Virus record (IMG/VR): IMGVR_UViG_3300049433_000067
Coordinates: 1-56,247 of that record
Direction: 5' to 3' (one strand)
From: a virus
Taxonomy: Duplodnaviria; Caudoviricetes
DNA: 56,247 bases
Part shown: piece by piece, positions 53,352 to 56,247 of the stretch
Position numbering within the stretch: the stretch's first letter is position 1
Layout of the letters: each line of letters begins with the position of its first letter
Notes under the pieces: generated by a model
Database searches by the model: none
What the model saw: only the letters and a program-made list of their open reading frames with translations
What the model was told of the DNA's origin: nothing
Made by a program: the position numbers and the translations under genes

Positions 53352-53681
53352 CTAGTCCGTGGTGGTCAGGGCGTAGTGGATCACCGGGGCTTCGGGGTTG
53401 TCGGTGACGCGAGCGTAGACGGTGTTGTCGCCGGTCACGAGCGGCAGCGACAGCCCGGTCGGCCAGTTGGGGCCGGCCTGCACCCGGAACCAGTACAGCC
53501 CGGCTGTGTGCCGTGCCGCTGCGCTCGGGGGCAGCGCGCCCGGCGCGACGTAGGTGCCGGGTACGCCACCGCCGGTGGCGAGGGTGTTTCCGTCGAGCGC
53601 GAACTTCACGACGTCAGCGGAAATGTCGAAGTCCGCCGCGACGGCGAAATACCAGTAGACCTGGCTGATGGACAGCGCCAC
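53352..53681 (-). CDS. Virion structural protein
   Basis: VYARVTDNPEAPVI motif; tail operon position. Confidence 0.6.
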   Translation of the reverse strand: MALSISQVYWYFAVAADFDISADVVKFALDGNTLATGGGVPGTYVAPGALPPSAAARHTAGLYWFRVQAGPNWPTGLSLPLVTGDNTVYARVTDNPEAPVIHYALTTTD

Positions 53682-53696
53682 GGCCGGCCGCCTTCC

Positions 53697-55373
53697 CTAG
53701 GTGGTGGCCGGGCCGGCCGCGTATCGGGTCAGCGCGGGGCCTGGCGTGATCGTGATGTCGCGGACGAGGGTCGTTCCGCCGGTCCCAGCCACGACGACGA
53801 CCGTCCGAACGCTGACCGGAACGGACGCTGTTGCTGTGCGGCTGGGAGTGACGCCGACGGTGACGCCGACAACTACGGGGATCATCGCGCCGGCACCGAC
53901 CTGCGGCACGGCTTCCAGCACCCCGGACACCATGAGCCCGTTGGCGCCCTTGCCGAGCGCGGTCGTCTTCCCTGCAGCGTCGGGGATGATGTGCCCGAGC
54001 ACCGGCTTGCCGTAGGACAGCACCGACGCCCAGGCCGCGCCGGATGCGGTGTAGTCCATGCCGAGCAGATCCCACGACGCCTGCGTGGAGGGGAGGCTGG
54101 GCACGTCGGCCTCGTAGTAGTAGCCCCACGTGGTGTACCCGCGGGCGTGCGCCGCCGCGCCGATCGACGTCCCCGACTGGAACGACTTGATCACGAAGCG
54201 GGTGTTGCCGCCGTAGGAGTCGAGCAGCACGTAGAGAGCCGTGGGGTTCTGGTTGCCTTTGTTGTCGATGAACAGAACCCGGTTGCCGCTCGCGTAGGCG
54301 GCGAGGACCGCGTCGAGCCGCGCGATGGGCTGGTTCCCGACGGTGGTTCGCAGCGTGGACAGCGTCGACCACGGGGTGGTCGGGATGTCGTAGCTGGTGC
54401 CGAACACGCGGGCGGTGGTCTGGTCGTGGGAGCACACCCACACGCCGTCGGAGCTTTGCCAGACGGAAATCTCCAGCGCGAGCCTCGGTGACCATGCTGC
54501 GGCTTGGCCGTAGGCGTAGAGCGTCTCTTCGGGCCAGTCGGCTGACCCGCCTCGGTGCGCGGCCATCGGCACGGTGTCGCGCAGCCACGCCTGCACGGGG
54601 GTAGCGGGGGTGACGGCGGCCGTGACCGCGACGGCCACGGGGATGGTGGCTGTCTTCGCGCCGGGGATGACCAGCGACACGTCGACGCTGATCGCGACCG
54701 GGACGGAGGCTGTTCGCACGGGCAGCGCGGCGATCGCGACGAGCCACGCGTGCCCGTTGACGGGCGTGTAGGAGCGGGTGACGGTGGCGGTGCCGGACGC
54801 GCCGGCGGTGGTCGCCACGATCGCGGACACGTCGATTGCCGACGTGGACCCGGACGGGGTTTGGCCCTGGTAGATGTCGGTGTAGCCGGACGGTTGCGTG
54901 AACGTCCCGGTCTGCGCGGTCGAGTCGTTGATGAACGTGCCGCACAGCACCAGCGAGCCGTCGCGGGTGGTGGTGATCGACGCGGCGGTCGCGGACGCGC
55001 TGCTGTAGGTCGCCTGGGTTGACGACACGACGTCGACGGGGTTGGTGAGGTCGGCGCCGGTGACGCGGAACAGGACGTTCACGTTGCGGGCGCTGACGGA
55101 GAAGGTGAACGTGTAGCTGGTCGCTGTCTCGGCCGCTGCGGACGGGATCGGCTTGTAGTACCAGCCGCATGTGCGGGGTGAGGAGAAGTCCGCCGACAGC
55201 AGCGCCCACCCGGCCGGCGGGGTGACGGTTCCACCGGAGGTCTGGTTGTAGATGAACGCGACGAGCAGGTCGCCGTCGGCGACGTTGGCCGGCTTGTTCA
55301 AGACGGCCGACGCAGACCCAGTGCTGATCGAGGTGGTGAAGTCACCAGCCGCGGAATGCGCTGCGATGCTCAC
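53697..55373 (-). CDS. Minor tail protein with glycerophosphodiester phosphodiesterase (GDPD) domain
   Basis: N-terminal P..VADGDLLVA..., PAGW beta-domain; AHRGG...PEET..AY, LEISV..SSDGV.VCSHD. Confidence 0.85.
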   Translation of the reverse strand: MSIAAHSAAGDFTTSISTGSASAVLNKPANVADGDLLVAFIYNQTSGGTVTPPAGWALLSADFSSPRTCGWYYKPIPSAAAETATSYTFTFSVSARNVNVLFRVTGADLTNPVDVVSSTQATYSSASATAASITTTRDGSLVLCGTFINDSTAQTGTFTQPSGYTDIYQGQTPSGSTSAIDVSAIVATTAGASGTATVTRSYTPVNGHAWLVAIAALPVRTASVPVAISVDVSLVIPGAKTATIPVAVAVTAAVTPATPVQAWLRDTVPMAAHRGGSADWPEETLYAYGQAAAWSPRLALEISVWQSSDGVWVCSHDQTTARVFGTSYDIPTTPWSTLSTLRTTVGNQPIARLDAVLAAYASGNRVLFIDNKGNQNPTALYVLLDSYGGNTRFVIKSFQSGTSIGAAAHARGYTTWGYYYEADVPSLPSTQASWDLLGMDYTASGAAWASVLSYGKPVLGHIIPDAAGKTTALGKGANGLMVSGVLEAVPQVGAGAMIPVVVGVTVGVTPSRTATASVPVSVRTVVVVAGTGGTTLVRDITITPGPALTRYAAGPATT

Positions 55374-55410
55374 GCCTGCCCCCTTCTCGGTGCCCCTTGC
55401 GAGTAGGTGG

Positions 55411-55833
55411 TCAGGTGCTCGTTGCGCTGAGTTGGTTGATCGGGATGCTGAGGATGTCGCCGGACACGAACGTCTTGCCGAGGTCGGTGGTCGGCGCGAA
55501 GATCACGCGTTTCGGGGTGCCGGTGGCGTCCCAGATCTCGATGCCGTTCCAGGTGCCCGACGCGGTTGTGGTGATGGAGATGACGCTGTCGTTGGTTTTC
55601 GTCGGCACGTTCGCGACCGATGCGGACGCGGTGGCGACCTTGCCGTTGAGGCCGGTGGTGGCGGTGCCGGTGATGTTGGTGCCGTTGGTGCCCGCCACGC
55701 CACGCGTGGATTGGAACCGGACCTGGAACGGCAGCGTCAGTGTGACCGCGCCGATCGTGACGGTGCCGGATGCGGCGTTGGGGAACAGCGCGTCGTTCAG
55801 CGCATTGCCGATCACCTGGTCGAGTGCAGCCAT
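55411..55833 (-). CDS. Minor tail protein
   Basis: Thr/Ala-rich; IWDA.G...KT..SGD.L.IP...L motif. Confidence 0.65.
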   Translation of the reverse strand: MAALDQVIGNALNDALFPNAASGTVTIGAVTLTLPFQVRFQSTRGVAGTNGTNITGTATTGLNGKVATASASVANVPTKTNDSVISITTTASGTWNGIEIWDATGTPKRVIFAPTTDLGKTFVSGDILSIPINQLSATST

Positions 55834-55836
55834 CGG

Positions 55837-56022
55837 TCAGATCTCCTTCGGTAGGGCGGCCTTGGCGGCGTCGATCTGGTCGCCGTGCTGCGCGCGGTGC
55901 GCGGCCTCCAGATCAGGCGGCATGCACGCGAGGTGATATGTGGTGTCCCAGTGGTGGATCACTGGGTGACGGACACCGTCGATTTCGGGCGGGCGGTGGC
56001 ACGTTGCGCACACGTCATCCAC
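55837..56022 (-). CDS. Hypothetical protein
   Basis: AAAGG RBS; CxxC...HxxC. Confidence 0.55.
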   Translation of the reverse strand: MDDVCATCHRPPEIDGVRHPVIHHWDTTYHLACMPPDLEAAHRAQHGDQIDAAKAALPKEI

Positions 56023-56045
56023 TGGATGGCCTTTCGGGTTGGCGG

Positions 56046-56247
56046 TCAGTTGCTGCTGGCGATGCCGCCGGCCGCCGAGTAGGCCAGCGCGCGGTAGCGG
56101 TACTCGTGCCCGGACGCGGGGGTCGCGTCGGTGACGCTCGACCCTGGGGCGAGCCCGGTCTGTATGCGCATCTCCGGGTCGCCGGTGGTGTTGTCGGTGC
56201 GGTACAGGTCCACCGAGCTCGTCGGGTTCGGTCCGGTCGGGTTGGTG
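56046..56247 (-). CDS. C-terminal end of a minor tail protein (likely the continuation of 1..1393)
   Basis: Open from the window end: TNPTGPNPTSSVDLYRTD...TDATPASGHEYRYRALAYS...SSN*; FN3-like. Confidence 0.7.
   Translation of the reverse strand, partial: TNPTGPNPTSSVDLYRTDNTTGDPEMRIQTGLAPGSSVTDATPASGHEYRYRALAYSAAGGIASSN

Larger units (their letters stand above)
1..56247. mobile_element. Temperate siphovirus genome (actinobacterial host), nearly complete, circularly permuted, in attP (excised/virion) configuration
   Basis: Complete head, tail, lysis, integration, immunity and replication modules; no host housekeeping genes; one minor tail gene is split across the two window ends; attP is internal and intact. 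Confidence 0.93.

Noticed and set aside
1-56247. ParAB partitioning, RepSA/RepAM, relaxase, T4SS, DNA polymerase, lysin B
   Set aside because: Looked for but no supporting motifs recognised, so a stable plasmid-prophage state is not established

Overview
This window looks like a nearly complete, circularly permuted genome of a high-GC temperate siphovirus of an actinobacterium. Almost all genes are on the - strand. Reading in gene direction: HNH, terminases, portal, MuF-like protein, scaffold, decoration protein, capsid, head-tail connectors, major tail, frameshifted tail chaperones, tape measure and minor tails (18363->1). The tail genes resume at the right end (56247->53352), followed by a lysis cassette (amidase, tandem holin, papain-like peptidase) and a tail-fibre pair (->47729). 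The middle holds an immunity switch with three operators, a tyrosine integrase beside an intact attP matching a tmRNA-like 3' end, a Sak-like recombinase, three DNA methyltransferases, an initiator with internal iterons, a helicase, many small early genes with repeated junction sequences, and a serine resolvase with a res-like site. The most striking feature lies between attP and the tail fibre (41210-47632): an actinomycete plasmid/AICE-type transfer module. It comprises an FtsK-like TraB translocase, Spd-like membrane proteins, a DUF2637-like gene containing a 12-bp-periodic clt-like repeat, and a divergent XRE + HD pair. This suggests an integrating phage that may also move by TraB conjugation. 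All calls come from reading motifs and synteny by eye; no database searches were run.
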